A stretch of 64,000 nucleotides of DNA from an uncultured Anaerolineaceae bacterium. Its GTDB lineage: Bacteria; Chloroflexota; Anaerolineae; Anaerolineales; Villigracilaceae. Below, piece by piece: positions 56,369 through 64,000 of the stretch. The position numbers and the translations under genes were made by a program. The notes under the pieces were generated by a model. The model was not told the DNA's origin and made no database searches. It worked only from the letters and a program-made list of their open reading frames with translations. Each line of letters starts with the position of its first letter. Positions within the stretch are counted from its first letter, which is position 1. The stretch lies in assembly GCA_964387495.1 (NCBI GenBank), contig CAYLXB010000003.1:6914-70913 (forward strand), in the 5' to 3' direction.

Positions 56369-58381
56369 ATGCTGGCTGAATTTGGATACGGCGTTCTGAT
56401 CGTCACTTTTTTCCTGGCATTGTACGGCCTGGTGATGGCTGTATATGGGGCCCTTGCCCGCTCCGGGAGCGCGGTGGAAAGTTCCCGGCGGGCCATGATC
56501 CTGACTTGGCCGCTGATCACGACCTCTGCCCTGTCACTGATCTACTTGCTGGTCAACGACCACTACGAGGTTTCGTTCGTCTATGAAGTTGCCAGCCGCG
56601 ATATGCCGGCCTACCTCAAGGCAACAGCCTTGTGGGGTGGGCAGTCTGGCTCGCTGGTCTTCTGGGCCTGGCTGATGTCCGCCTTTATCTCACTGGTGGC
56701 TCTGCGGGGGTGGGAACGCGACCGAGAATTGCTGCCCTGGGTGGTGGTGGTCACTGCCCTGACCCTGGCTTTCTTCCTCAGCTTGGTGGTCTTTTTCGAA
56801 AACCCATTCCTGCGTTACTGGCAGACTTTTGACGGCGAGGTCATCCAGGCCATGTTCAAGCCCGTCCGCGCAGTGCCCTTCATCCCATCCGACGGGCGCG
56901 GCCTGAATCCGCTCCTGCGCCACCCCGGGATGGTCATCCACCCGCCGCTGCTGTACCTGGGCTTTGTGGCCTTTGTCATCCCTTATGCTTTCGCCATCGC
57001 AGCCCTGGTCGCTAACCGTAGCGACGACCGCTGGATCCGCCTGACACGCCGCTGGACGCTGTGGGCCTGGCTGTTCCTCTCCCTCGGGCTCGTGCTGGGC
57101 GGACGCTGGGCCTATGATGTGCTCGGCTGGGGCGGCTACTGGGGCTGGGACCCGGTGGAGATTGCGGCTTTCATGCCCTGGCTGACCGGCACAGCTTTCC
57201 TGCACTCGGTCATGATCCAGGAAAAGCGCGGCATGTTCAAGCAGTGGAACATGATCTTGATCATCCTGACCTACGCACTGGTCATCTTTGGCACTTTCCT
57301 GACCCGCTCCGGGGTGCTCTCCTCCGTGCATGCCTTTGCCCAGAGTGCCATCGGGCCGATGTTCTTCGGATTCATCGTCTTGACTTTTCTGGCATCCGTT
57401 GGCCTGCTGGTCTATCGTTGGGGGAGCCTGCGGGCGGAGACAGAGATGAAGTCCCTGTTCTCCCGGGAGGCGCTCTTCCTCTTGAACAACCTTTTGTTCC
57501 TGAGCATTCTGGTCGTGTGCTTCTGGGGGGTGATCTTCCCGTTGATTTCGGAATTGTTCGTCAATCAAAAAGTGACCGTCGGCCCGCCGTTTTACGAGCG
57601 TGCCACCTCGCCGCTCTTTGCCGCCTTGATGCTGCTGATGGGCGCGGCGCCGCTTTCCGCCTGGGGCAGTTCCAGCCTGCAGACGATCGGCCGCAGCCTG
57701 TGGAAGCCGGCCGTTGCAGCTGGGGTTGTGACGGCTTCCCTGTTTTTTACCTATACCAAAAACCCCATTGCCCTGACCGGCTTCTTCCTGATCGCGCTGG
57801 TTTTGTCCGTGACACTCTATGAATTCTGGCGCGCCGCGCGGGCGCGCCAGAAGGCCCATGCTGAAAATTACCTGCATGCTCTCTGGAACCTGTTCACCCG
57901 CAACCGGCGGCGTTACGGCGGTTACGTGATCCATATCAGCATGATGCTGATGGCGATCGGCATCCTGGGCATCGAACTCTTCCAGACCGAGACACAGGGC
58001 ACGCTGGCGTTGAAGGACTCCATCGAACTGGGGGAGTACCGCGTGGAATACAGCGACATTGCCCGCTTCCCCGGCCCGGACCTGCGGCAGGTCACCCGCG
58101 CGGTAGTGGATATTTACAACGGGAACCAATACCTGGGGCAGTTATACCCGCGCATCGATTATTACCCCGACAGCCAGCAGAACATGACCATCCCGGGCCA
58201 GCGCCCGACCCTGCGCGATGACCTCTACATCCTGCTGGTGGATTGGCAGCCGGCCACCTCGACGGCAGCCACCTTCAAAATCTATGTCAACCCGCTGATC
58301 AACTGGTTGTGGATCGGCAGCCTGGTATTCCTGGCGGGCATCCTGATCGCGGCCTGGCCGGAGCGGGAAGAAACAGCCTGA
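56369..58381 (+). CDS. ccmF: Cytochrome c-type biogenesis protein CcmF (heme lyase component)
   Basis: The product is a polytopic membrane protein with a WWD domain (WAYDVLGWGGYWGWDPVE) and conserved His residues. Confidence 0.9.
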   Translation: MLAEFGYGVLIVTFFLALYGLVMAVYGALARSGSAVESSRRAMILTWPLITTSALSLIYLLVNDHYEVSFVYEVASRDMPAYLKATALWGGQSGSLVFWAWLMSAFISLVALRGWERDRELLPWVVVVTALTLAFFLSLVVFFENPFLRYWQTFDGEVIQAMFKPVRAVPFIPSDGRGLNPLLRHPGMVIHPPLLYLGFVAFVIPYAFAIAALVANRSDDRWIRLTRRWTLWAWLFLSLGLVLGGRWAYDVLGWGGYWGWDPVEIAAFMPWLTGTAFLHSVMIQEKRGMFKQWNMILIILTYALVIFGTFLTRSGVLSSVHAFAQSAIGPMFFGFIVLTFLASVGLLVYRWGSLRAETEMKSLFSREALFLLNNLLFLSILVVCFWGVIFPLISELFVNQKVTVGPPFYERATSPLFAALMLLMGAAPLSAWGSSSLQTIGRSLWKPAVAAGVVTASLFFTYTKNPIALTGFFLIALVLSVTLYEFWRAARARQKAHAENYLHALWNLFTRNRRRYGGYVIHISMMLMAIGILGIELFQTETQGTLALKDSIELGEYRVEYSDIARFPGPDLRQVTRAVVDIYNGNQYLGQLYPRIDYYPDSQQNMTIPGQRPTLRDDLYILLVDWQPATSTAATFKIYVNPLINWLWIGSLVFLAGILIAAWPEREETA

Positions 58382-58383
58382 AG

Positions 58384-58875
58384 ATGAAAAATATACAACC
58401 TGTTTTGTCTGTGGTGATCCTCCTGCTGGCGCTGGCCCTTCCGTTCAGTGCGGTGCTGGCACAGACCTCCACACCCTCGGATGATGAGGTCAACCGCATT
58501 GCCAGGCAGTTATACTGTCCGGTATGCGAGAATACGCCCTTGGACGTTTGCCCGACCAAAGCCTGCGAGGAATGGCGCGAGCAGATCCGCACCATGCTGG
58601 CGGAGGGCAGCACGGAAGAGGAGATCAAGCAATATTTCGTCGAATATTACGGGGCGCGCGTGCTGGCCGAGCCGCCGCGCCAGGGATTCAACTGGCTGGC
58701 TTACATCGTCCCGCCGGTTGCCGTGCTGCTGGGCGTTATTGTGCTGGTGCGCGCCTTCCGGAGTTGGCGAAAGCCTGCTGCTGTTCCTGAGGCAGGCGCG
58801 GAAGCAGAAAAGCCTGATCCCCAGGCGGACGAGTATGTTGCCCGGCTGGAAGAAGAACTGCGCCGGCGAAAGTGA
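58384..58875 (+). CDS. ccmH: Cytochrome c-type biogenesis protein CcmH/CycL
   Basis: The product has a signal peptide, LYCPVCEN (LRCxxC-type motif) and a C-terminal TM. The ORF is open from 58243; the ATG at 58384 follows the ccmF stop. Confidence 0.75.
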   Translation: MKNIQPVLSVVILLLALALPFSAVLAQTSTPSDDEVNRIARQLYCPVCENTPLDVCPTKACEEWREQIRTMLAEGSTEEEIKQYFVEYYGARVLAEPPRQGFNWLAYIVPPVAVLLGVIVLVRAFRSWRKPAAVPEAGAEAEKPDPQADEYVARLEEELRRRK

Positions 58876-58892
58876 TGCGAACGGAGAAGACG

Positions 58893-59468
58893 ATGACAGT
58901 GCAGCAGACCATCGAAAAACGCGGCGTACCTGTCTGGGTGCAATTGATCATTTGGGGCCTGATCGCCGGCCTGCTGGCCCTGGTGGGGCTGGGGCTGGTG
59001 CGGGCCAGGAAGCCGGCCGTTGTAATTGGCAGCCCGGCGCCGGAGTTCAGCCTGCAGTTGTTCGAAGGCTATGAATTCCAGGGCGCTCCGGAGGTGAGCC
59101 TGTCCGGCCTGCGCGGCAAAGTGGTGGTGGTCAATTTCTGGGCTTCCTGGTGTAAACCCTGCGAACAGGAGGCGGCCGAACTCGAAGAGGCCTGGCGTAT
59201 GTATGCGCCGTCCGGTGAGGTGGTGTTCCTTGGCATCGCCTGGACGGATACCGAGGCCAATTCCCGGGTATACCTGCAGCGTTTTGATATCACTTTCCCC
59301 AATGGCCCCGACCTGGGGACGCGCATCTCCCAGCAGTACAACCGCAAGCTGGGCGTGCCTGAGACCTATATCATCGGGCGGGATGGGCTGTTGAAGCATG
59401 TCCAAATTGGCCCGTTTACGTCCGTATCCCAGATCCAGGTGCTGGTCGACCGTTTCCTGGCCGAGTAA
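58893..59468 (+). CDS. ccmG: Thiol:disulfide interchange protein CcmG/DsbE/ResA (TlpA-like thioredoxin)
   Basis: A TM anchor is followed by VVVVNFWASWCKPCEQE, a thioredoxin fold with a WCxxC motif. A GGAG RBS precedes the ATG at 58893. Confidence 0.8.
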   Translation: MTVQQTIEKRGVPVWVQLIIWGLIAGLLALVGLGLVRARKPAVVIGSPAPEFSLQLFEGYEFQGAPEVSLSGLRGKVVVVNFWASWCKPCEQEAAELEEAWRMYAPSGEVVFLGIAWTDTEANSRVYLQRFDITFPNGPDLGTRISQQYNRKLGVPETYIIGRDGLLKHVQIGPFTSVSQIQVLVDRFLAE

Positions 59469-59476
59469 GAGGATAT

Positions 59477-60001
59477 ATGCAAATAATTCCTTTGTTCTTG
59501 CTGCTGCTCCTGCTGGCCGCCGTGGTCTGGTTTACCGGCCAGCCCTTTGGGGCACGGCGCAGCCGCCGGCTGCTGGCGGGTGACCATGATACCTCCAGCC
59601 TGCTGGCCGAACGCGACCGGGTGCTGGATGCCTTGCAGGAACTGGATTTCGATCATATGCTGGGGAAGGTCCCCGCAGAAGATTACCCCGCCCAGCGGGC
59701 CGCGCTCCTGCAAAAGGGGGCGGCCATCCTGCGCCAGTTGGACGGCCTGGCAGCCCCTTCCGGCACCGGCATGGGAGAAGGAAGGCCTGCTGGGGAGGCT
59801 ATCGAGCAGGCCCTGGCAGTCCGCAGGGCAGAGACTGCACCCGGCGATTCGCCAGACCTTTCCGATGACGCCCTCGAATCGCTGATCGCCGCCCGGCGGG
59901 CGCACCGCCGGGACCGCTGCAGCGGGTTTTGTCCCCGCTGTGGAAAACCTGTACTGGCCTCCGACCGCTTTTGCCCGTCCTGCGGGACCCCTATCCGTTG
60001 A
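59477..60001 (+). CDS. Hypothetical membrane protein with a C-terminal zinc ribbon, inside the ccm cluster
   Basis: The product has an N-terminal TM, a helical region (ELDFDHMLGKVPAEDYPAQRAALLQKGAAILRQLD) and CPRCG...DRFCPSCGT. Confidence 0.5.
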   Translation: MQIIPLFLLLLLLAAVVWFTGQPFGARRSRRLLAGDHDTSSLLAERDRVLDALQELDFDHMLGKVPAEDYPAQRAALLQKGAAILRQLDGLAAPSGTGMGEGRPAGEAIEQALAVRRAETAPGDSPDLSDDALESLIAARRAHRRDRCSGFCPRCGKPVLASDRFCPSCGTPIR

Positions 60002-60032
60002 TGTCCGTGGAATGGATCATGCAGGAACAGTC

Positions 60033-61817
60033 ATGAAATTCCGTCTCCTTGCTTCTACCTTGATCGGCCTTGTCCTCACGGCCTGCAACCTGACGCTGGC
60101 CGAAGACCTCACCCCGCCGCCGGGGTACATCCCGCCCACCCCTCTGCCCACGCTCGGACCGCTCTATCCGGCTTCTGCACCGGACATCAGCAACGGTGCG
60201 GCGATCTACGCCGAGAAGTGCGCCAGCTGCCACGGCGCGGCGGGTATGGGCGATGGCCCGCAGGGCCTGGAGTTGCCCAATTCCGTCACCGCCCTGGGAT
60301 TGGCGGAGATAGGCCGGGCTGCGGTCCCCGCAGAGTGGTACGTGGTCGTCAGCCAGGGCCGCGTGGAAAAACTCATGCCGTCCTATGCCAGCCTGAGCGA
60401 CCAGGAACGCTGGGATGTGGTTGCTTACAGCCTGACGCTCAGCATGCCTCCTGAACAGGCCAGGCAGGGCCGGGAGCTCTTTATGGCCAGCTGCCCCAGC
60501 TGCCCGACTGACCTCTTCACCGATCAGCAGAGAATGGCGGCGCTTTCCCAGGCATCCCTGCTGCAACTGATCGAGGCAGGCGGGGAAGGCCTGCCTGCCT
60601 TTGGGGCAGGCCTGACGGAGGCTGGGCGCCGGGCTGTGGCGGCCTATTTGCGTTCACTTTCCTTTGCTGCCAATCCGGTTCCGGCAGGAACCCCGCCCGC
60701 CCCGGTTCCTGTGACGGCTCCTGCGGAACAACCCGGCGTCATCAGCGGTCAGGCTTCCAATGGCTCAGGTGGTGATCTGCCTCCTGGCCTCACGGTTACC
60801 CTGCATGGCTTCGACCAGGATGCCAGTGGGAACTTCACCGAGCCGGTGACCCTGGATACCCCTCTGCAGGCCGATGGTACGTTCGTTTTTCGCGATGTCC
60901 CCGTACCTGCCGGTCGTGTTTTTGTTGCTGCGTTGGCTTACAGCGGCGTGGAGTATGTTTCCAGCCCCATCTATGCGGACGGAAAACGGGCGGCCTATGA
61001 CCTGCCCATCACCTGCTATGAGTCCACGACGGATGTCTCCGGCTTGTCTGTGGATCGCTGGCATATCTTCTTTAACTTCGAACAGCCGGGTGTCGTCCAG
61101 GTAATTGAATTGCTGGTGATTTCCAACCCCGGTAATCAGACAATTGTCTCCGCCAGCGATACGGAACCCGCCCTGGCCTTCAGCCTGCCGGAATCGGCCT
61201 CGAATCTCCAATTCCAGAACGGGGAGTCGGGCGATGGGCGGTATGTCCGGACAGCGGCTGGCTTTGGCGATCTGGCCCCGATTGAACCCGGCATCGGTGA
61301 ATTCCAGGCCGTTTTTGCTTATGACCTGCCTTATGAGGGTGCGCTCGAATTCTCCCGCCTGTTGGATTTGCCGGTTGCGTCGGCCATCCTGATGGTGCCG
61401 GAGGGGGTGCGGGTCAAGAGTGACCTGCTTCAAAAAGGAGAAATGCGCCAGTTCCAGGGGACCGATGTGATGGTTTATAACAGCCAGGCTTTGCCTGTGG
61501 GTGCCACCCTGCAGGCAAAAATTTCTGGCGGCCCGGCCGGTTTCAACCTGTCCAACCCTGATGGCCAGCAGCGTATCCTGGTGACTGTTGCTGCAATTGG
61601 TGTACTGCTTGTCCTGGCAGGTGTCTACCTGTTCTGGCGTGATCGTTCACGTTCTGCAGGAACGGTTGGCGCGGAGGATGATCTGCCGGATGCAGACAGC
61701 CTGCTGGATGCCATCATTGCCCTGGATGACCTGCATAAGTCCGGCAGCCTGCCTGATGATGTCTACCAGGCGCGCCGCAGCCAACTCAAGGAGCGCCTCA
61801 GGACGCTCATGCAGTAG
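60033..61817 (+). CDS. Monoheme c-type cytochrome lipoprotein with a large C-terminal domain and TM anchor
   Basis: The product has a lipobox (VLTACNL), a CASCHG heme-binding motif and the distal Met context (GRVEKLMPSY). A ~350 aa domain and a C-terminal TM (ILVTVAAIGVLLVLAGVYLFW) follow. Confidence 0.7.
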   Translation: MKFRLLASTLIGLVLTACNLTLAEDLTPPPGYIPPTPLPTLGPLYPASAPDISNGAAIYAEKCASCHGAAGMGDGPQGLELPNSVTALGLAEIGRAAVPAEWYVVVSQGRVEKLMPSYASLSDQERWDVVAYSLTLSMPPEQARQGRELFMASCPSCPTDLFTDQQRMAALSQASLLQLIEAGGEGLPAFGAGLTEAGRRAVAAYLRSLSFAANPVPAGTPPAPVPVTAPAEQPGVISGQASNGSGGDLPPGLTVTLHGFDQDASGNFTEPVTLDTPLQADGTFVFRDVPVPAGRVFVAALAYSGVEYVSSPIYADGKRAAYDLPITCYESTTDVSGLSVDRWHIFFNFEQPGVVQVIELLVISNPGNQTIVSASDTEPALAFSLPESASNLQFQNGESGDGRYVRTAAGFGDLAPIEPGIGEFQAVFAYDLPYEGALEFSRLLDLPVASAILMVPEGVRVKSDLLQKGEMRQFQGTDVMVYNSQALPVGATLQAKISGGPAGFNLSNPDGQQRILVTVAAIGVLLVLAGVYLFWRDRSRSAGTVGAEDDLPDADSLLDAIIALDDLHKSGSLPDDVYQARRSQLKERLRTLMQ

Positions 61818-61823
61818 GCCTTC

Positions 61824-62519
61824 ATGATCTCTGTCTGCAAACTCGTCAAGCGCTTTGGTCTCAAGACTGTCCTGCGCGGCCTGGATTTCGAGGCCCGGCC
61901 GGGGGAGTTTGTAGCCCTGCTGGGCCCGAACGGCGCCGGCAAGACCACCTTCCTGCGCATCCTGGCCTCCCTTTCTCGGCCCAGCCTGGGCGATGTGACG
62001 GTGGCCGGGTACCGCCTGCCTGGCCAGGCTGCCCTGGTGCGGGCCCGCTTGGGAGTGCTCTCGCACCAGCCGCTTCTGTACGGCGATCTGACTGCCGAAG
62101 AAAACCTGCGTTTTTATGCCCGTCTGTATGGATGTAAGGGCGATGAAGCCCGCCTGGGCGAAATCCTTGAACTGGCCGGGCTTGCCTCCCGCCGCCGCGA
62201 CCTGGTGCGCACATTCTCGCGCGGCATGCAGCAGCGTCTGGCGATTGGGCGGGCAGTCCTGCATGACCCGGATGTGCTCCTGTTCGACGAGCCCTATACA
62301 GGTCTGGATCAGGAGGCTTGTGCCATGCTGGATGGAGTCCTGCAGCAGGTCGCCCTGCAGGGCCGCACCATCGTAATGACCTCCCATGACCTGGCGCGCG
62401 CGGAAGGCCTGGCCACCCGCTTCGACATCCTCACCCGCGGCGCGATTGCCGCCTCCACCCGCCGGGAGGATTTGCGCGGCAACCTGCTGGATTTTTACCG
62501 GGAGGCACTGCAGTCATGA
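61824..62519 (+). CDS. ccmA: Heme exporter ABC ATP-binding protein CcmA
   Basis: The product has Walker A (GPNGAGKTT), an LSRGMQQRL signature and Walker B (LLFDEP). It is followed by ccmB and ccmC. Confidence 0.8.
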   Translation: MISVCKLVKRFGLKTVLRGLDFEARPGEFVALLGPNGAGKTTFLRILASLSRPSLGDVTVAGYRLPGQAALVRARLGVLSHQPLLYGDLTAEENLRFYARLYGCKGDEARLGEILELAGLASRRRDLVRTFSRGMQQRLAIGRAVLHDPDVLLFDEPYTGLDQEACAMLDGVLQQVALQGRTIVMTSHDLARAEGLATRFDILTRGAIAASTRREDLRGNLLDFYREALQS

Positions 62520-63247
62520 GCCAGGGTACTCCCACCGCCAGCCGGTCAGCAGATGCCGCCATGCAGACAGATCGTTCGAGCTTCCTCCGGGCACTGCTCG
62601 CAGTTGCCTGGAAAGACCTGCGGGCTGAGTTCCGCTCGCGCGAGCTGTTCTCTGCCATGCTGGTCTTCGCCCTGCTGGTCATCATTGTTTTCAACTTTGC
62701 CCTGGAATTGGAGCCGAAGCTGCGCAGCCTCATCACCCCCGGCGTGTTATGGGTTACCTTCGCTTTTGCAGGCGCGCTTGGCCTGAACCGTTCCATGGCT
62801 ATCGAAAAAGACCGCGGCTGCCTGGATGGCCTCTTGCTGGCGCCGGTTGACCGCTCGGCGATTTATTTTGGCAAAGTGCTGAGCAACCTCGTTTTCATGC
62901 TTCTGGTGGAAATCGCCATCCTGCCGCTTTACAGCGTTCTCTATAATGTCAACCTTTTCGCCCCCGGCCTGCTGCTTGTCATTCTGCTGGGTTCTGTCGG
63001 TTATATTGCCGTCGGCACCCTGCTCTCTGCCATGGCAGTCCAGGCCCGGACGCGCGATGTTTTGCTGCCGATCCTGCTCTTCCCGGTTGCCATCCCGGTT
63101 TTGATCGCGGCGGTCAAAGCCAGTGCCGGTTTCCTGCAGGGCTGGGCCATGCCCGATCTTCTGCCCTGGATCAACCTGCTGGTTGCTTATGACGTGATCT
63201 TTATTGTAGTGGCCTGGATGGTGTTTGATTACGTGGTCGAGGAATAG
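62516..63247 (+). CDS. ccmB: Heme exporter membrane protein CcmB
   Basis: The product has six TM segments, a CcmB-like FxxDxxDGSL-like region (IEKDRGCLDGLLLAPV) and an ATGA overlap with ccmA. Confidence 0.8.
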   Translation: MSQGTPTASRSADAAMQTDRSSFLRALLAVAWKDLRAEFRSRELFSAMLVFALLVIIVFNFALELEPKLRSLITPGVLWVTFAFAGALGLNRSMAIEKDRGCLDGLLLAPVDRSAIYFGKVLSNLVFMLLVEIAILPLYSVLYNVNLFAPGLLLVILLGSVGYIAVGTLLSAMAVQARTRDVLLPILLFPVAIPVLIAAVKASAGFLQGWAMPDLLPWINLLVAYDVIFIVVAWMVFDYVVEE

Positions 63248-63298
63248 CGCCGGTTCAGGCGGCCACCTTGTTTTCGAATCCCTGCTTGTGGAGTGCCG

Positions 63299-64000
63299 AT
63301 GTCTTCCAAACCTGTTTCCTTGAAGATCCTGGATATTGCTTCCCTCATCCTTTTGGCCGTTGCTGCTTACCTGGCCCTGGCCTATGCGCCCACCGAAGCT
63401 GTGATGGGCCAGGTGCAGCGTGTATTCTATTTTCATGTCGCCACGGCCTGGGTGGGCATGCTGGGCTTTCTCGCGGCCGCCGGGGCAGGCATCCTTTACT
63501 TGCGCAGCGGGGATATGAAGTGGGATATCTTCGAGGTGGCGGCAGTCGAGATCAGCCTGGTATTTTTCTTTATTGCCATTGTGCTGGGTTCCATCTGGGC
63601 GCGCCCCATCTGGAATACCTGGTGGACTTGGGATGCCCGCCTGACCACCGCTGCGATCACTGAACTGGTTTACCTGGCTTATTTTATGCTGCGCCAGGGC
63701 ACGGAAGATCCCGAACGTCGGGCGCGCTTTGGCGCGGTCTACACCCTGCTTGCTGCAGTCAGTGTCCCGTTGACTTTCATGTCCATCCGCTGGATCGACC
63801 GCACCATCCACCCGGTTGTCATTGGCGCGCAGAGCGCCGCGGCCCAGGGCGGCTTCAGCATGGCCGGCCCGATGAAGACGGCCTTCTTCTTTGCCCTCTT
63901 TGCCTTTACCGTCATCTTTGTCGATTTGCTCTGGAACCGTATTCGCCTGGGATTTCTTCAGCAAAAGGTCGAAGAACTCAGGCTGAAAGCAAGCCACTAA
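63299..64000 (+). CDS. ccmC: Heme exporter protein CcmC
   Basis: The product has a WWD domain (IWNTWWTWDARLTT) and conserved His residues. The stop TAA is the last codon of the window. Confidence 0.85.
   Translation: MSSKPVSLKILDIASLILLAVAAYLALAYAPTEAVMGQVQRVFYFHVATAWVGMLGFLAAAGAGILYLRSGDMKWDIFEVAAVEISLVFFFIAIVLGSIWARPIWNTWWTWDARLTTAAITELVYLAYFMLRQGTEDPERRARFGAVYTLLAAVSVPLTFMSIRWIDRTIHPVVIGAQSAAAQGGFSMAGPMKTAFFFALFAFTVIFVDLLWNRIRLGFLQQKVEELRLKASH

Overview
High-GC (~65%) bacterial chromosomal segment with Chloroflexi-like features: leaderless TATAAT-ATG starts, T-box-regulated pheST, and FHA/PP2C signalling. It is gene-dense and mostly housekeeping, with many antisense shadow ORFs typical of high-GC DNA. 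Read left to right, the + strand begins with a 5'-truncated MalT/LuxR regulator and an AMP-nucleosidase-like gene. A small AT-richer islet follows, carrying an orphan MNT nucleotidyltransferase and an SRA-like/HNH endonuclease, which I read as a candidate modification-dependent restriction or defence module. Next come a tandem-PAS GGDEF cyclase and a Crp/Fnr regulator followed by a split RIC-like DUF1858+hemerythrin pair. After these are an S10 carboxypeptidase, a HAL/PAL-family ammonia-lyase with an unusual Ala-Cys-Gly MIO triad, and a hybrid histidine kinase with an atypical HTH-REC regulator. A sugar ABC transporter and a GT39-like glycosyltransferase follow. The - strand then carries the holB-rsgA-PBP2-maf cluster. 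Back on the + strand are xpt-HIT-guaA, an FHA membrane protein with a PP2C phosphatase, flotillin, rlmD, a sortase, and tRNA-Val(GAC) with a canonical promoter and terminator. A Phe T-box leader precedes pheS-pheT, followed by dnaK, a C39-like peptidase, an SbcD-like nuclease, an MFS transporter, DegV, yebC, ruvC-ruvA, a GbsR/MarR-regulated oxidoreductase and panB-panE. The window ends with a rearranged System I cytochrome c maturation cluster (ccmE-F-H-G, cytochrome c, ccmA-B-C) whose CcmE has the variant CxxxY heme-binding motif. I found no CRISPR array, rRNA gene or transposase.
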